The notes beneath the pieces are model-generated. The model worked only from the letters and a program-made list of their open reading frames with translations. It ran no database searches and had not been told where the DNA came from. This document shows, one piece after another, positions 1-15,743 of a stretch of DNA of 64,000 bases (position 1 is its first letter; each line of letters starts with the position of its first letter). Source of the stretch: the human T2T-CHM13v2.0 reference genome, Homo sapiens; assembly GCF_009914755.1 (NCBI RefSeq), contig NC_060926.1. One strand, given 5' to 3'. The position numbers and the translations under genes were made by a program.

Positions 1-3000
1 TGGTTTAATCTAGGAAGGTTGTATATTTCCAGGAATGTATCCATCTCCTCTAGGTTTTCTAGTTTTTGTGTGTAAAGGTGTTCATAGTAGCTTTGAATAA
101 CCTTTTGTATTTCTGTGGTATCAGTTGTAATATCTCTCATTTATTTTCTAATTGAGCTCATTTGAATCTTCTTTTTTTCTTGGGTAATATTGCTAATAGT
201 CTATCAATTGTATCTTTACAAAGAACCGGTTTTTGTTTCATTTATGTTTTTTACTGTTTTTATTTGTTTGTTTCAATGTCATTTAATTCTGCTCTGATTT
301 TCATTGTTTAATTTCCTCTGCTGGGTTTGAGTTTGGATTGTTCTTGTTTTTCTGGTTCCATGAGGTGTGACCTTAGATTGTCTATTTGTGCTCTTTTAGG
401 CTTTTTGATGTAGGCATTTAATGCTATGAACTTTACTCTTAGCACTACTTTTGTTGTATCCCAGATGTTTTGATTGGTTGTGCCACTCCTATTTTTCAGT
501 TCAAAGAAATTTTTAATTTCCATCTTTATTTCATTGTTGACCCAATGATCATTCAGGAGCAGGTTATTTAATTTCCATGGATTTACATGGTTTTGAGGGT
601 TCCTTTTAGAGCTGATTTTCAATTTTATTCCACTGTGGTCTAAGAACATACCTGATATAATTTCAAATTTCTTAAATTTACTGAGAATTGTTTTTTGGTC
701 TATAATTTGGTCTATCTTGGAGAAGGTTCCATGTGTTGATGAATAGAATGTATATTCTGTAGTTGCTGGATAGAATGTTCTACAAATATCTGTTAAGTCC
801 ATTTGTTCTAGGGTATAGATTAAGCCTATTGTTTCTTTGTTGACTTTCTGTCTTGAAGATCTGTCTAGTGCTGTCAGTGGAGTATTAAAGTCCTCCACTA
901 TGATTGCGCTGCCATCTATCTCATTTCTTAGGTCTAGTAGTAATTGTTTTATAAATGTGGGACCTCTAGTATTAGGTGCATATATATTTAGAATTGTGAT
1001 ATTTTCCTGTTGGTCTAGTCCTTTTATCATTATATAATGCCCCCTTTGTCTTTTTTAACTGCTGTTGCTTCAACATTTGTTTTGCTGATGTAAGAATAGC
1101 TACTCTTGCTGGCTTCTGGTGTCCATTTGCATGGAATGTCTTTTTCTACCTCTTAACCTTAAGTTTATGTGATTCCTTATATGTTACAGGAGTCTCCTGA
1201 AGATAGTAGAAACTTGGTGAATTCTTATCCCTTCTGCCATTCTATACCTTTTAAGTGGAGCATTTAGGCCATTTACATTCAATGTTAGTATTGAGATGTG
1301 TGGTACTATTCTATTCATCATGCTATTTGTTGCCTGAATACTTTGTTTTTGTTTTATTTTTTTCATTGTGTTGCTAGTATGTAGGTCCTCTGAAATTTAT
1401 CATTTAAGTAGGTTCTATTTTGGTGTATTTCAAAGATTTGTTTTGAGATTAGAACTTCTTTTAGGGGTTCTTGTATTGCTGGCTTGGTAGTGGCAAATTG
1501 TCTCAGCATTTGTTTGTCTGGAAAAGTCTGTATCTTTCCTTCATTTATGAAGCTTAGTTTGACTGGATGCAAAATTCTTGGTTGACAATTGTTTTGTTTG
1601 AGGAAGCTAAAAATAGGACCCCAATCCCTTCTAGCTTGTAGGGTTTCTGCTGAGAAATTGCTGTTACTCTGATAGATTTTCCTTCATAGGTTACCTGATG
1701 CTTCTGCCTCACCACTGATAAGATTCTGTCCTTTGTCTTGACTCTAGATAACCTGATGATTATATGTCTATGCAATAATATTTTTACAATGAATTTCTCA
1801 GGTGTTCTTTGAACTTCTTGTAGTTGAATGTCTAGATCTCTAGCAAGGCTGGGAAAGTTCTCCTCAGTTATTCCTTCAAATATGTTTTCCAAACTTTTAG
1901 GTTTCTCTTCTTCCTCAGGAACACCAATCATTCTTAGCTTTGGATGTTTAACATTGTCCCAAACTTTTTGGAGGTTTTGTTCATTTCTTTGTTATTCTTT
2001 TTTGTTTGTCTTTGATGGATTGAAAGTTTTGTCTCTGAGCTCTGAAGTTTGTTCTTTTGCTTGTTTTATTCTTGTGCTTGTTTTTTGTTTATGCTATCTA
2101 TTTCACTGAATAATTATTCTTTTATGTCCTGTATCATGTTTTTTATTTCTTTAAGTTAGACTTCACCTTTCTCTGCTGCCTCCTTGATTAGCTTAATAAT
2201 TGACCTTCTGAATTGTTTTTTCTGTCAATTCAGAGATTTTTTCTTGGTTTGGTTCCATTGCTCGTGAGCTGGTATGATCTTCGGGGGTGTTAAAGAGCCT
2301 TGTTTTGTCATGTTGCGAGAGTTTTCTGCTTCCTTCTCATTTGGGTGGACTATGTCAGAGGGAAGATCTAGGATTCAGGGGTTGCTGTTCAGATTATTTT
2401 GTCCCACAGGGTGTTCCCTTGATGTGGTGTTCTCCCCCTTCCCCTAGGAATGGGGCTTCATGAGAACCAAACTATAGTGATTGTTTTTGCTCTTGTGGTT
2501 CTAGACACCCAGCAGAACTACCAGGCTTTGGGCTGGTACTGGAAAGTGCCTACAAAGAGTCCTGTGATGTAATCTGCCTTCAGGTCTTGCAGGCATGGAT
2601 ACCAACACCTGCTCTGGTGGAAGTAGCATGGGAGTGAAGTGAGCTCTGTGAGGGTTTTTGGTTTTGTTTTTATTAAGTGCACTGGTGTTGTATTGGTTGG
2701 CCTCCAGCCAGGAGGTGGCACTTTCAAGTGTTCATCAGCTGTGGTCCTATAGAGAGGATGCAAACTTGCCCTAGGTATGCTTGGTTAAGTATTCAGGTTT
2801 TCAGGCAGTGAGCAGGGCCACAGAGCTCCCAAGAGATTGTGACCTTTGTCTGGCTACCAGGCCAGGTAGAGAAAGACTACCAGGTGGGGGCAGGAATAGG
2901 CAGGTCTAACCTCAGCCTCTCCTTGGGTGGGGCTTGCTTTGGCTGCTATGGGGGATGAGGCTGTGGTTCCCAGTCCAATGGAGTTATGTTCCCACGGGGA

Positions 3001-3418
3001 TTATGGCTGCCTCCTCTGAGTTATAAAGGTTTCCAGGGAAGGCGGGGAAAGCTGGCAGTCACAGGCCTCATCCCACTCCTATGCAGCCCAAAGTTGTAAA
3101 GGCTGATCAGGCACCTACCATCCCCCCGCAAGTAGCACCCAGTCTATTTCCAGGCAGCTGGTGACCAGGGCTGAGAACTTGCCCCAGCCCATGACCCTCC
3201 CAGTTGAGAAAGCAAGCAGAATCACAGTTTTTTGGCATCTCAGGGAGTCTGCAGTGGTGATCCAGTTCCTTCAAAGAGTCTGTGAATTCTTTTGGCTTTT
3301 CTGGTATGTTGCTATGGTAGTTTTTCGATCAAAAATTCACGATGTGAGTGTCTACATGCTGCTCTGTCCATCTGAGCAGGAGCTGCAAGCTAGTCCTGTG
3401 TCCTATCTGCTACCTTAA
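1..3418 (-). mobile_element. LINE-1, L1PB-like; 5'UTR, ORF1 and ORF2 endonuclease region, continuing beyond the left edge; decayed
   Basis: Minus-strand ORFs give L1 ORF2 endonuclease motifs (NIYAPNT, DFNTPL, SKID, DHSGIKL; 308-1030; TLNVNGLN in 1184-1366) and ORF1 (IGVPEEEE...ENFPSLARD; 1554-1931). The right end resembles the L1PB 5' terminus (gagctgcaagctagtcctg...cctatctgctacctt). Confidence 0.93.
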
Positions 3419-3791
3419 TCTCCTCCTACACATTTTTCAACTATATTTAGACCTAAAGAATATAATTAGTTCTCCCTCATCTTCTTTGCTCTGCAACAAC
3501 CAGGAAGTAGGAGGGAGCTTGGCCCTGTGTTCCCTTAGCTGCCCCAGGAGTGTTATCTGGAAGGCAGATGAGGAGTCAGCCCATGCTCTGTGCTTGGAGT
3601 CTGGGCTGAATGCTGGCAGCAGGGCCAACTTAAGGCCCAGACCCAAGCGGGCCCAGCACCTGTGGTGGCTTCTCCTACCAGGAGTCTGGAGGAGCACTGA
3701 TGGCCAGGTTCTGGGTGGCACAACTGCCTCCCAGCCGCCTGCTCCTTCATGGCTTTGTGGGTTTTCACGTGGTTTTGTCCATTCTTCATTC

Positions 3792-4943
3792 AAGTGTAGC
3801 TTAGCAACAGGAATACATTCTGAGAGATGCAACATATGGCGATTTCATCATTTTCCAAACATCACAGAGTGTACACAAACCTAAATAGCACAGCCTATTA
3901 GACACCCAGGCTGTATGATACAGCCTATTTTTCCTAGGCTACAAACCTGTACACAATGATGCTGTACTGAATGCTTTTGACAACTGGAACACAACAGGAA
4001 ATATTTGTGTATCTAAACATAGAAAAGATAGAGTAAAAATACAGCATAAAAGATGTTAAAAAGGTAGACTTATATAGGGCACGTATTTTGGATGGAGCTT
4101 GTGGGACTAGAAGTTGCACTGGAATTGTCAGTGAGTGAGTGGTGAGTGAATGTGAAGGCCTAAGACATTACTGTACACCACCATAGACTTTATAAACACT
4201 GTACACTTAGGGGAAACTAAGTTTATAAAAAATTTTTCTTCAATAATAAATTAATCTTGACTTACTGTAACTATTTTACTTTGTAAAATTTTTAATATTT
4301 TAAAGTATTTGTTCCTTTTTCATAACACATAGCTTAAAACACAAACATAGTATGCAGTTGTACAAAAATACTTTATGTCCTTATTCTATATGCTTTTTTC
4401 TATTTTTAATTTTTTTAACTTTTTTTGTTAAAAACTAAGACAAATGCACACATTAGCTTAGGCCTACACAGGATCAGGATAATCAATATCACTGTCTTCC
4501 ACATCCTTATCTTGCCCCACTAGAAGGTCTTCAGGGAAATACCATGCATGCAGCTGTCATCTCCTACGATAACAATGCCTTCATCTGGAATACCTCTTGA
4601 AGAACCTGCCTAAGGCTGTCTTATGGTTAATCATTTTTTAATAAGTAGATGTACATTCTAAAATACAAAAAAGTATAGTCTAATAAACACATAAATCAGT
4701 AACAGTCATTTACTATTAAGCACTATGTACTATGTATAGTTTATGTACTATACTTTCATATGATTTGCAGCATTGTAGGTTTGTTCAAACAGCATCACCA
4801 CAAATACATAAATAATGCATTGCACTACAAAGTTATGATAACTATGATGTCACTACTCAATAGAAATTTTTCAGCTTCATTATAATCTTCTGGGACCACC
4901 ATTGTCTATGCAGTCTGAAATGTCCTTATATGGCACTTGACTG
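3792..4943 (-). mobile_element. Tigger3b (Golem-derived TcMar-Tigger non-autonomous DNA transposon)
   Basis: Recognisable blocks: cctaggctacaaacctgtac, gtcagtgagtgagtggtgagtgaatgtgaaggcct, catctcctacgataacaatgccttc, cattataatcttctgggaccacc. It ends in gactg followed by TA and is about 1.15 kb long. Confidence 0.88.
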
Positions 4944-6080
<1,137 letters not shown>

Positions 6081-6081
6081 T

Positions 6082-6200
6082 CATGCTAAATCTTTGAAAT
6101 TTGGTATGTGTTTTACACTTATCTTGTATTTCAGTTCAAACCACCTATGTTTCAAGTGCTCAATACACAAATGTGATCAGTGTCCACTGTACTGATAACA
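6082..6200. mobile_element. MER3/MER33-like hAT-Charlie fragment
   Basis: tgtgttttacactta...tttcaagtgctcaata...atgtg..cagtg matches the MER3/33 terminus. Confidence 0.65.
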
Positions 6201-7074
6201 AAATTGTAGCAGCTTCAACCACTTATTGAATCTCTAATACTCAATTTCAATAATTAATTTTGTCACTTTTCCTCTACATCAATGCTACCTATTTTTGGCA
6301 AAATATTGTCAGCCCTCTGACAGAAGAGAAAAAATGAGAGGTACTCTGTAAATAATTGACATGAAGATAAATGAAAATATTCAAGTCCTTTGACTTATCT
6401 GCCAAATTCTGACTCCTGCTGAAATTACAGTACAAGGTGGGTGCAAGAGTGGGAACAATTTTAGCTTCTTCAATCCTGTCAATAGCCTTGTGCTGAGCTG
6501 CCAAGAATAGACTAGGACTGCCAGTACTGATGCTGATTCCCCTTACCTAATTCTTCCAAGGATAGGTGTTCCCATCACTTTTTCAAAAGCCTAAGTGATG
6601 CTGAAAGAAGTCTTTAACAACCCTTCAACTGTGGACAGAGAATGGCCATGGAGGAAGAGAAGCAGAAAATTGTTAGTTACTCTGTTTCATAGTCAAAATG
6701 GGTGTCTCAACCTCTTGAATCACATTTCAGTTTAAAACTTGCCTCTTTTCATAGAATTCTGAGGCATTTAGATTCTCTTCCACATAGATTCATCAAATCA
6801 TCATTATTATTAATTTTTCTGTCTAGTTATTTTTGTTTGATTCCTTTTGTTTTTCTTTTTATTATTTTAGATATAACCTGTTTAGAAATGTTTTTCTGTT
6901 TTGAAGAGAGCTCTGTAAATATGTTGGTGCTGTTTTCAGGGAATGTTTCACAGACAGAAAACCAAAAGGTTGACTATGCAGGATTCCCAGAATTATACAA
7001 AAGCAATAATATATAATATAATTGTGTCTGTTTGAAAAAGATTTTTTTTAACTTGACTACCTAGGATAGTCTGA

Positions 7075-7390
7075 GATAAGCGGCATCAGCATCATCTGGG
7101 AGCTTGTTGGAAATGCAAAGTCTCTGGTTCAACCTCAGATGTACTAAATCAGAATCTATAGTTTAACAGGATCCTCTGATTATTTAGATACACATTAAGT
7201 GGAAAAACTCTGGTTTAGAACAAGGGCAGTCATTATTCCCACTATTAGAATCACCTGGAAAGATTTTTATCAATTCCAATACTCAGGTAACACCCAAAAT
7301 CCACTGAATCAAATTCTCTGAAGTGACTCGGGTATCCTTACTAGTTAAATTCCCATGTGATTCCAAGGTTCAACCAATGTTATTAACTAC
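7075..7390. mobile_element. Two adjacent MER5-family (hAT-Charlie) elements
   Basis: gcatcagcatcatctgggagcttgttggaaatgcaa...aatcagaatct...tttaacaggatcc, then attagaatcacctgg...tcccatgtgattc. Confidence 0.7.
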
Positions 7391-8194
7391 ACTCAAGAGG
7401 GAGGTTATTTTCTACATGTTTAATTCTTTCCCCATTTGGTTTCATTGTATAAAATGGTTTTCAAGATGTGTAAGTCTGGTTAACATTTCAAGTGATTCTT
7501 ATGTTACATAGTTCAAGGACCACACTTGGAGAAATATTATATTATTTATCTTATGTGGTTCATTGTACTGGATGTGGGAGAATCTCTTAATAAAAGGAAT
7601 AAAAGGGGGGAAAAACATAAAAACATATATAGTGCAGTCCTCCCAACCCACAAATGAAAACCTTAGCCTAGGATTTTTCCATGATTTAGACAACGCCACT
7701 CTGCAATTTCTGAGGGAGACCTAGAACTAGATCATTGTACTCAGTGCCTCTGGGATAGATGGTGCTAATTCATCTTACTCAGTGCAGTAGAATGACCTTA
7801 GTATGTTTCTGTACTGACATTTTGTGCTTTAATATATGCACATAGCCTTGCTATTTTACAACAATATTATTTGTCTAATAGATTGAATATTTTATTCAAA
7901 TATCTTATTTAAAAGCTACATGAAAATGGATTAGAAATGACAATACAGATTACATCCAACTGTTTTTTTTTTTTCTTAAGAGGTTGTAGGTGCCTGAGGT
8001 GATTATTGTTGAATGGCCAGTGGTTCTCATCTAAATCATACTATGGTTCAAGTTTTTTCAAATATCTAGACAATGGTAAACAAACCTTTTTCAGTTGTAA
8101 CTCTGAAACTCTAGATGAACTGTGCAGGTTTGAGCCTCTGGCTAATATCCTATCTTGTGTGTATGAGACAAAGAGAGAAAGAGACAGGCTTTAC

Positions 8195-8300
8195 ATGCGC
8201 TATTTCATGTCATCCTAACACAATTATTGGATACAGCTAGTAAGAGGCTGAGCTGGGATTTGAATCCTAGTCTACATAATTCAAAAGCCTATACAATTTC
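8195..8300 (-). mobile_element. MIR fragment
   Basis: acagctagtaagaggctgagctgggatttgaatcctag is the MIR core. Confidence 0.65.
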
Positions 8301-9198
8301 AAGTAGTTTTTACACACACCAAATGTTCTTATATTGCTTTTAAGTATGAGACTATAGACTCGGACTCTTAATCCTAAAACATGTGAGCTGAGATAAAACT
8401 CAGAGACAATTGTTAGACAGTTGACCTGAGGTGTGGAACATGGGAGGGAATAGGCCATGATCAACTATCTAACATTCTGTTAGAAATATGAATCATTCAC
8501 TAATTAGTTGGCTAAAGAGTATTTAGCCAAGATTTAATACCATTACTTTCACATTTAGATTCCCATTGTTTCTGAATAATGAGCATGACAGATATGGAAT
8601 TATTGGTGGGGATAACAGAGTTTTAAAAGCAAAATATTAAATTACATAAGACAATTTTAGTTTTACCCAACTTTTTATTTAAAAAGAACTTTACAGAGAA
8701 CACCTAGAAAGCTGCCATCTAAAATAATATTTTATTAACTTGTTCCATCATATCTCTATTCCTCTACATAACCATTAACTCATCTTACTTTTGATATACT
8801 TTAAGGTAATTTTTATAACTACCACAGCATGCATATCATTAATAAATTAGCAGTTTCTTTTTAACGTAAAATTTACATATGATGAAATGTACATAAATGT
8901 GCATTGAGTCTAGAAAAATGCATAACCCTATGTAACCTGAAACCCCAGCCAGTAATAGTACTTTACCATCAGTCAGAAATCTCCTTATGCCCCATGCCAG
9001 TCATTTCCTGCTCTATCACCAGGAAGCAATCATTCTGTGCTAATTTTTTCTACTGTAGAATAATTTTCCTCATTCTCGAGTGTCACATAAATACAAGCCT
9101 ATATTATGTATTTTTGGAACTTTTTTCTTAATATGAATAATATTTTTGAGATTCATAAATGTTATTTATTATCAATGTATTCATTTTTAAAACACTTT

Positions 9199-9500
9199 AG
9201 TCCAGGTGTGGATTACACGCCTGTAATCCCAGCACTTTGGGAGGCCGAAGCAGGCGGATTACCTGAGGTCGGGAGTTTGAAACCAGCCAGACCAACATGG
9301 AGAAAACCCATCTCTACTAAAAATACAAAAATTAGCTGGGTATGGTGGTGCATCCCTGTAATCCCAGCTACTCTGGAGGCTGAAGCAGGAGAATCGCTTG
9401 AACCTGGCAGGCGGAGGTTGCGGTGAGCCGAGATCATGCCATTTCACTCCAACCTGGGCAGCATGAACGAAACTCCGTCTCAAAATTAAATAAATAAATA
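9199..9500 (+). mobile_element. AluSp-like
   Basis: Diagnostic ggtcgggag, accaacatggagaaa, ttgcggtgagccgag, cgaaactccgtctc; (TAAA)n tail. Confidence 0.93.
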
Positions 9501-10005
9501 CTTTGGTATTTTCTTGTATAAACGTGCTACAGTTTATCTACTCTCCTACTAATAAACACATAGGCTTTATCTAGTTTTGGGTTATGATAAATAAAGTTTC
9601 CATGAACATTCTTGTACAACTTTAAAAAATATATTTTTATTTATCGTGGGTAAAGGCATAGGAGAAGTATGGCTGGGTCATAAGGTAGGAATATATTGAA
9701 TTTTATAATGAATTGCCAGGTTTTTTTTAAAGTAATTGTACCATTTTACCTTGCCACTAACAGTGAATTTTCTAGACCCAGATACTTACCAATATTTGGT
9801 GCTATCTGTATTTCCATCTCTCTCAAACTTGTATTAGCCATTTTGGTGAACACAGTGGTATCTCATATTATTTTAATTCACATTTCTCTAATTCTTAATT
9901 ATGTTAAGGACTATGGGTTTCTATTAGCCATTTAGAAAACTTTATTATATTGAGTATAGAAATTACATACAGTGAATACCATTTTTTTTTTAAATATGTG
10001 CTTTG

Positions 10006-10329
<324 letters not shown>

Positions 10330-11399
10330 TCATCTGCAGTTTCACCATTCACTGACTATTTCTTTTGATGATAAGACATTTACATTTTGATGAAGTCTAA
10401 TTTTTTAGCATTAAAAAATTACTGCTTGATGCAGTCTAAGAGTTATGTGCTTTATATGCCCACCACTGTATCATGAAGATTTTCTTATAGTTTTTCACTA
10501 AAATATTTCCTATTTTGTATTGTATGTTTAGAACTATTATAAATCTGAATTAATAAGTCCACATGATGTAAGGTAGAAATCCAGGTTTCATTTTGATATG
10601 TAGCTTCTATCAACATTTTGGGAAAATATTTTACTTTGTCTATTAGATTGTGTTAGCACATTTGTAATTAAAGAAAAGCGATCACAAAATGTGGGTCTAT
10701 TTTTGAACTTTCTTTTATTTATGCGTTGATGCTTATGCCAGTAACATACAGTCTTAAAATTAGGTAAAGTAGTTCTCACAATTTTATTTTTATTATTCAA
10801 GATTGCTTTGGATATTCTATGTCCTTGCATTTTCATGTAAATTTTAGATTCAGCTTGCCAATTTCTACAAAGGAAAAGTTTGTTTTGATTATAATCACGA
10901 TTATATAGAATCTAAAGATCAAATGGGACTATTGGGATCTTAACAGCATTGGGCAGACTATATAAATATAGTATATTTTGACCTTTATTTGGTCTTTCAT
11001 AATTTCATTTAGTTATATTATATAATTTCCAATGTAGAGGTCTTGGAGAAGTTTTGGTAAATTTATTCCTAAGTATATTTTTAACACTACCTAACACTAC
11101 AGTAAATGGAACTGATTTTTATTGCTTCCATTTTTTTGTTACTAGTATCTGAAATACAATTTTTAATAAAATAAACCTTAAGTACTGTGGCCTTAATAAA
11201 TTTAATTTTAGGTTTTCTGTATATTTCTTGGATTTCTACAACCCAGTCATATCATATTCAAATAGAATTATTTTTCTGTTCTTTTTTTCTTGTCTTATTG
11301 CATTGGCAGTACTCCATCAACTTTGAATCTAAATAAAGAAATTGAATATTTAGAGTTAGCTTTCTTATTTACTAAATTATTTATTTTAAAGCTCATTAT

Positions 11400-11930
11400 C
11401 CTTTTGTGACTAAGTATCATGTTTTCATTTTGGAAAATTTTTCTTTGGCATATCTTATAGGGCAGGTTTATTCGATAACAGTTATATCATTTTTCTTTGT
11501 TTTAAAAGGCATTTTTTTCTTCTCAGATAATATTTACACTGAATTTCAAAGTTTGATTCGGCAACTTATTTTCCTCATTGCATTTAATTTATGCACTATC
11601 TTCTAGTTTCAACACTTTCAGATGAGAAGTCAGTGGTGATCTGAAGCATTATTCCCCACATAAACTTTGTTTCATTTTAATTGCTTTAAAGATCTTCTTT
11701 TCAATCTTTAGTTTTCAGTAGTTTTACTATAATGTGCATGAGTGAAATTTTATTCTACTTTGATTTGTAGAGATGCTTAAATCTATATATTTTTGTATTC
11801 ACCAAATTTGAGAGATTTCACACATTATTTCTTCAAATATGCCCTATTCTCTCCCTCCTTTCCTGTTGGGACTCCAATTAAACACCCGCTATGCCTTTGA
11901 ACATTATTGCACAAATTGCTAAGACTCTGA
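11400..11930 (-). mobile_element. Old L1M ORF1-region fragment
   Basis: gatgagaagtcag...atcttcttt...ttttcagtagttttactataatgtgc...cattatttcttcaaatat...tgggactccaatta are antisense L1M ORF1 motifs. Confidence 0.7.
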
Positions 11931-13384
11931 TTTTTTTCCCAATAACTTCTCAACTTCCATGGACACCAATTTAGCAAAGAAGAAACTCAAATACATGAAG
12001 CTAAAGATGGATACAACTATTATACGAATAAGAATGAAATAAGTGAATATTGTGGAATGTCTGTATTATCAACAATATTTGCTCTTGTATTTATTTTTAG
12101 TTTGTTGTTGTGTTGTTGTGAAAACGTCTGCCATTTTTTAATGCATTTCCAGGAGAGCGGACATAAGCAATCTTATCATGGGACAAGGACTATTTCAAGG
12201 ACTTTTAATTTTTCTGCATTTTCAGGTGGTTTTTACACATATCACCCACAAACCCCTTCGATTATTTTTGCTAATTTTACCCTACAATAATTACATTGTG
12301 TCAATTAAAAACATGGAATTATTTAAAATAATATATTGTTGTTTTGATCTTATCCTGCCAGAAATTCATACTAGTAGACTTTCCATCTATAACTCACAGG
12401 CTAATACACACATTCAAATTAAAGTAGGACTTTTGTAACAACTCTTAGGGCATTTTTGAGATATTAAATTATTCTAGAAATGTGTTTTCATTACTGCATA
12501 TTAGCTTGTGCATGGGCTGACAGCAAGTTTTTCTCATTTAAAAATATGCTATTCATGAACAAAGCTACTTCTTAATGGGATGGTATTATCAGTACGCTGC
12601 TAGCATGAAGAGGTGTTGGCTATTTTTGAGGGAAAACGCCATACTCATGGTAGAAGTTTACACAGCTGTGTTTAGGTTCATCAAACATCTCACAATAAAC
12701 ATCTGAGGTTTGCTAAATTTCCAAATGTGTTTTGCCACATGCATTTCCCCTTCTTTTTAAAGCATGGAAAGAGTTTCAAAAGTTGCCACTTCATCTGTTT
12801 ATCAAAATAGAAGCATAAATACGCTTTGCTGTCAATAAATTATGTTGAGTGGGTTTATGGCTTGTTTTTCTCTCTTTCATATAGCGAGAGAGCTCAGAAG
12901 TAAACAATCCAAAGCCAGAGGATTCAGGCATCATTGCCAGGATTTTCAAATATCCTAGAATACATGCTTCTATTTGCTAAATGCTGGCAACTTGTGCTTG
13001 GGCAAAAAATCAAATCAGTCTCCTATTACGTGACTGCAGCTTTTTGCTGTTTAGTTAACATATTTTTTTGGAACCAGAATTTACAAAGAGAAAACAAATT
13101 GTTTCTAGAGGTCTATTTTCTAAAACATTAAATTGAACTATTATCAGTCATTGATACAATATCTTACCTAATCTTCAGTCATGATCATAATTGGTCCCAC
13201 TTATAACTGAAGAGTATGTGACTTTTGATGCATTACCTATTCTCTATTGTCTTTCATTTTTCCCCTAATTTACCTAGAATCCTTGGCTAAAGTTCAATAT
13301 TCTACTAATTATTTAGAAGTTGCTCTTTTGGCTGAGTTTGCGTCAATGTAAATGTTTGACTAGCTTGTGGGATGCTATATATAA

Positions 13385-13577
13385 ATGGCCTAGAATTTTG
13401 AGCTACACACTTGTGGATTTAAACTCTACTTTTTTTCTTTTCTCTCATATACCTAGTTCCTCATCTGTAAAATTGGCTACGAAGAGCTATCCTTCAAAAA
13501 TATTATGAAAACTGAATACACTAGTATAAAACTCAGTAGAGTTGGTATGAATTGGAGATAATATTAGAATATTAGCT
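13385..13577 (+). mobile_element. MIR
   Basis: cctagttcctcatctgtaaaattgg core; ends aatattagct. Confidence 0.65.
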
Positions 13578-15014
13578 TTCCTAAGCTTTTTCTGCAAACT
13601 TCAAGTAAATTAAATAGAAAAATCACTTTAAATGATTTTAAAAGAGAAATCATGAAAATGATAACGCTGAAAGGCTAATAAGAAATACCAAATCAGTTAC
13701 AGAAGCACATGGGAAAAAAGAAAAAAAAATCAATAATTTTAACTGTTCACCCAAATGTGTGGCTGTTCCTGTCACACAAGCACCATATATTTACTGCTAG
13801 AAGAAGAAATCTTCAAATTTACAGAGATGCTTCTCATTTTATCACAAGGTACATCTCATTATTATTTCTATTTGTTTTAATTTTGAAGTTAAATTGAAAA
13901 ATAAAAAATGATGGAATGTAGCCAAATCTTGAGTCACAGGGAAATGCATAGGGTGATTTTACTAACTAACAAAATGTATGCAACAAATACAAAAATCTAC
14001 TAAATATTGTACAATATAGAAAACTAAAAGTAAGTCAAAATGTAGGAATTATTATATTAGCAGCAAAAATGTAATGTATTATGTAAGTTGGAAAAAATAA
14101 TAATTAACAAATATACCCAAAACACTCTCTTTAAAAATGTTGATAAAAAAATATCTAAGAGAAAGATAATTGGAAAAGCTATTAAACTACTTGCTTCTCT
14201 ACAGGAGACCTAGATATAGCTATTTTACTTCAGTTCCTTCAAACCATGCGGAAAATAATAATTCCTAAGCATTTAAGCTTTTCCTGAATTTAGGAGGAAA
14301 TGAAAGATTGGTTTGCTACCTCATTTTATTAGCTGAAATTAAAATCTGATGCACAGTGCAGAAGAATGTATTCAGAACAACTTCACTTTCAATTTACGTC
14401 CCACAATTTTAAATAGTAGTAGTAAAACAATGTGATAAGATTACCATTCATTCAGAACAAGAAGGCCATTAGAAATTAAGATCTCATTGACTGTTAGAAA
14501 ATATATTATTATAATTTAAAGCAACAGGTTGAAAACATTTAAAACTGTAAAATGTTAGATTTTATTTAAATGTCTGTCTTAATGATGTATTCTCAGATGA
14601 AAATTTTGTCATGTTAGAATGAGACAAGGTTTAACATCGATTTGATTCCTTTAATGAATGTGATTTCCTACAGAAAAACCTTGTTTACAGGAATAAGTAG
14701 AAGAAGTTTTGTAACAGGAAAGCACTGATATTTGAACTTCTTCCAGGACATGTGATGAGTATTGCACAGGTCATTAAACATAATTTTGGATGATAAATAA
14801 CTAGCTGAAAACTTAAGTAGAAAACTTGAGTAGGAAACTTGAGCTTTTCCGAAAGAAATATATCACACATGCAAAATGATTTGTCTCTCAGTGCTAAGAA
14901 GCTCACGTTCTTAATTGTTGGGAAGAGCAATAGTAATGCCTCATTAAGATTTATCCAAGTAAGGCCTATTAATTTCAACTATTACTCTTTTGATTTGCAG
15001 TACTGCTGTACCTT

Positions 15015-15182
15015 AGTTACACATTAAAACCACCTAGGAAGTTTATAAAACACTGTGATCTATGTCCCACTCCAAAGGATTCTGATTAATTAATTATTCC
15101 AGTAAACAACATAGGAGTTAGTTGACAATTTTAAAAACTCCCCCAGTGATTCTAACATTCAGCTAAGGTTGAGAAATACTAA
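15015..15182. mobile_element. MER5B-like
   Basis: cacattaaaaccacctaggaag...gattctgatt...aaaactcccccagtgattctaa...aggttgagaaatact. Confidence 0.7.
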
Positions 15183-15198
15183 TGTTAAAAGTAACTGT

Positions 15199-15505
15199 TT
15201 ATTTTATTATTATTGTTTTTTGAGATAGGTCCTCACTCTGTCACCCAGGCTGGAGTGTAGTAACGCAATCTCAGCTGACTGCAACCTCCACTTCCTGTGC
15301 TCAAGCAATCCTCCCACCTCAGCCTCTCGAATACCTAGGACTACAGGCTCATACCACCTTGCTCAGCTAATTTTTTAAAAAGTTTTATAGTAACGGTATC
15401 TCACTATTTTGCCCAGGCTGGTCTCAAATTCCTGGGCTCAAACAATCCCCCTGCCTCAGCCTTCCGAAGTACTGGGATTACAGGATTACAGCCACCATGC
15501 CCAGC
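15199..15505 (-). mobile_element. AluJ
   Basis: Antisense Alu with J-type gctcaagcaatcctcccacc, tctcactattttgcccagg and cctgggctcaa. Confidence 0.92.
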
Positions 15506-15743
15506 TAAAATACCCATTTTTAAATGATATGCACACAAAAGGTTGAAAAAATGGAAATCTTGATTATTTCAACATATCTATGCAAATACTATACTTGGTG
15601 ATCAAAATGCTTATTTTAATATATTTACAAGTACTTTTGTATGGAGAAATGTCAAATAAAGCATATCATCCGCTCATACAGATTATCGTCGTACAGACAT
15701 CGCAAATGCAAGTGTGTGATTGCAACTAAAATAAATGAAAAGA

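Noticed and set aside
3348-3884. 178-aa and 132-aa overlapping ORFs
   Set aside because: They span L1, unassigned and Tigger sequence, have no recognisable domain, and probably reflect local GC richness.
12000-15000. Possible exons in the repeat-poor stretch (for example polypyrimidine-AG sites at ~14670-14690)
   Set aside because: No coherent exon or ORF with recognisable homology; cannot be supported without transcript data.
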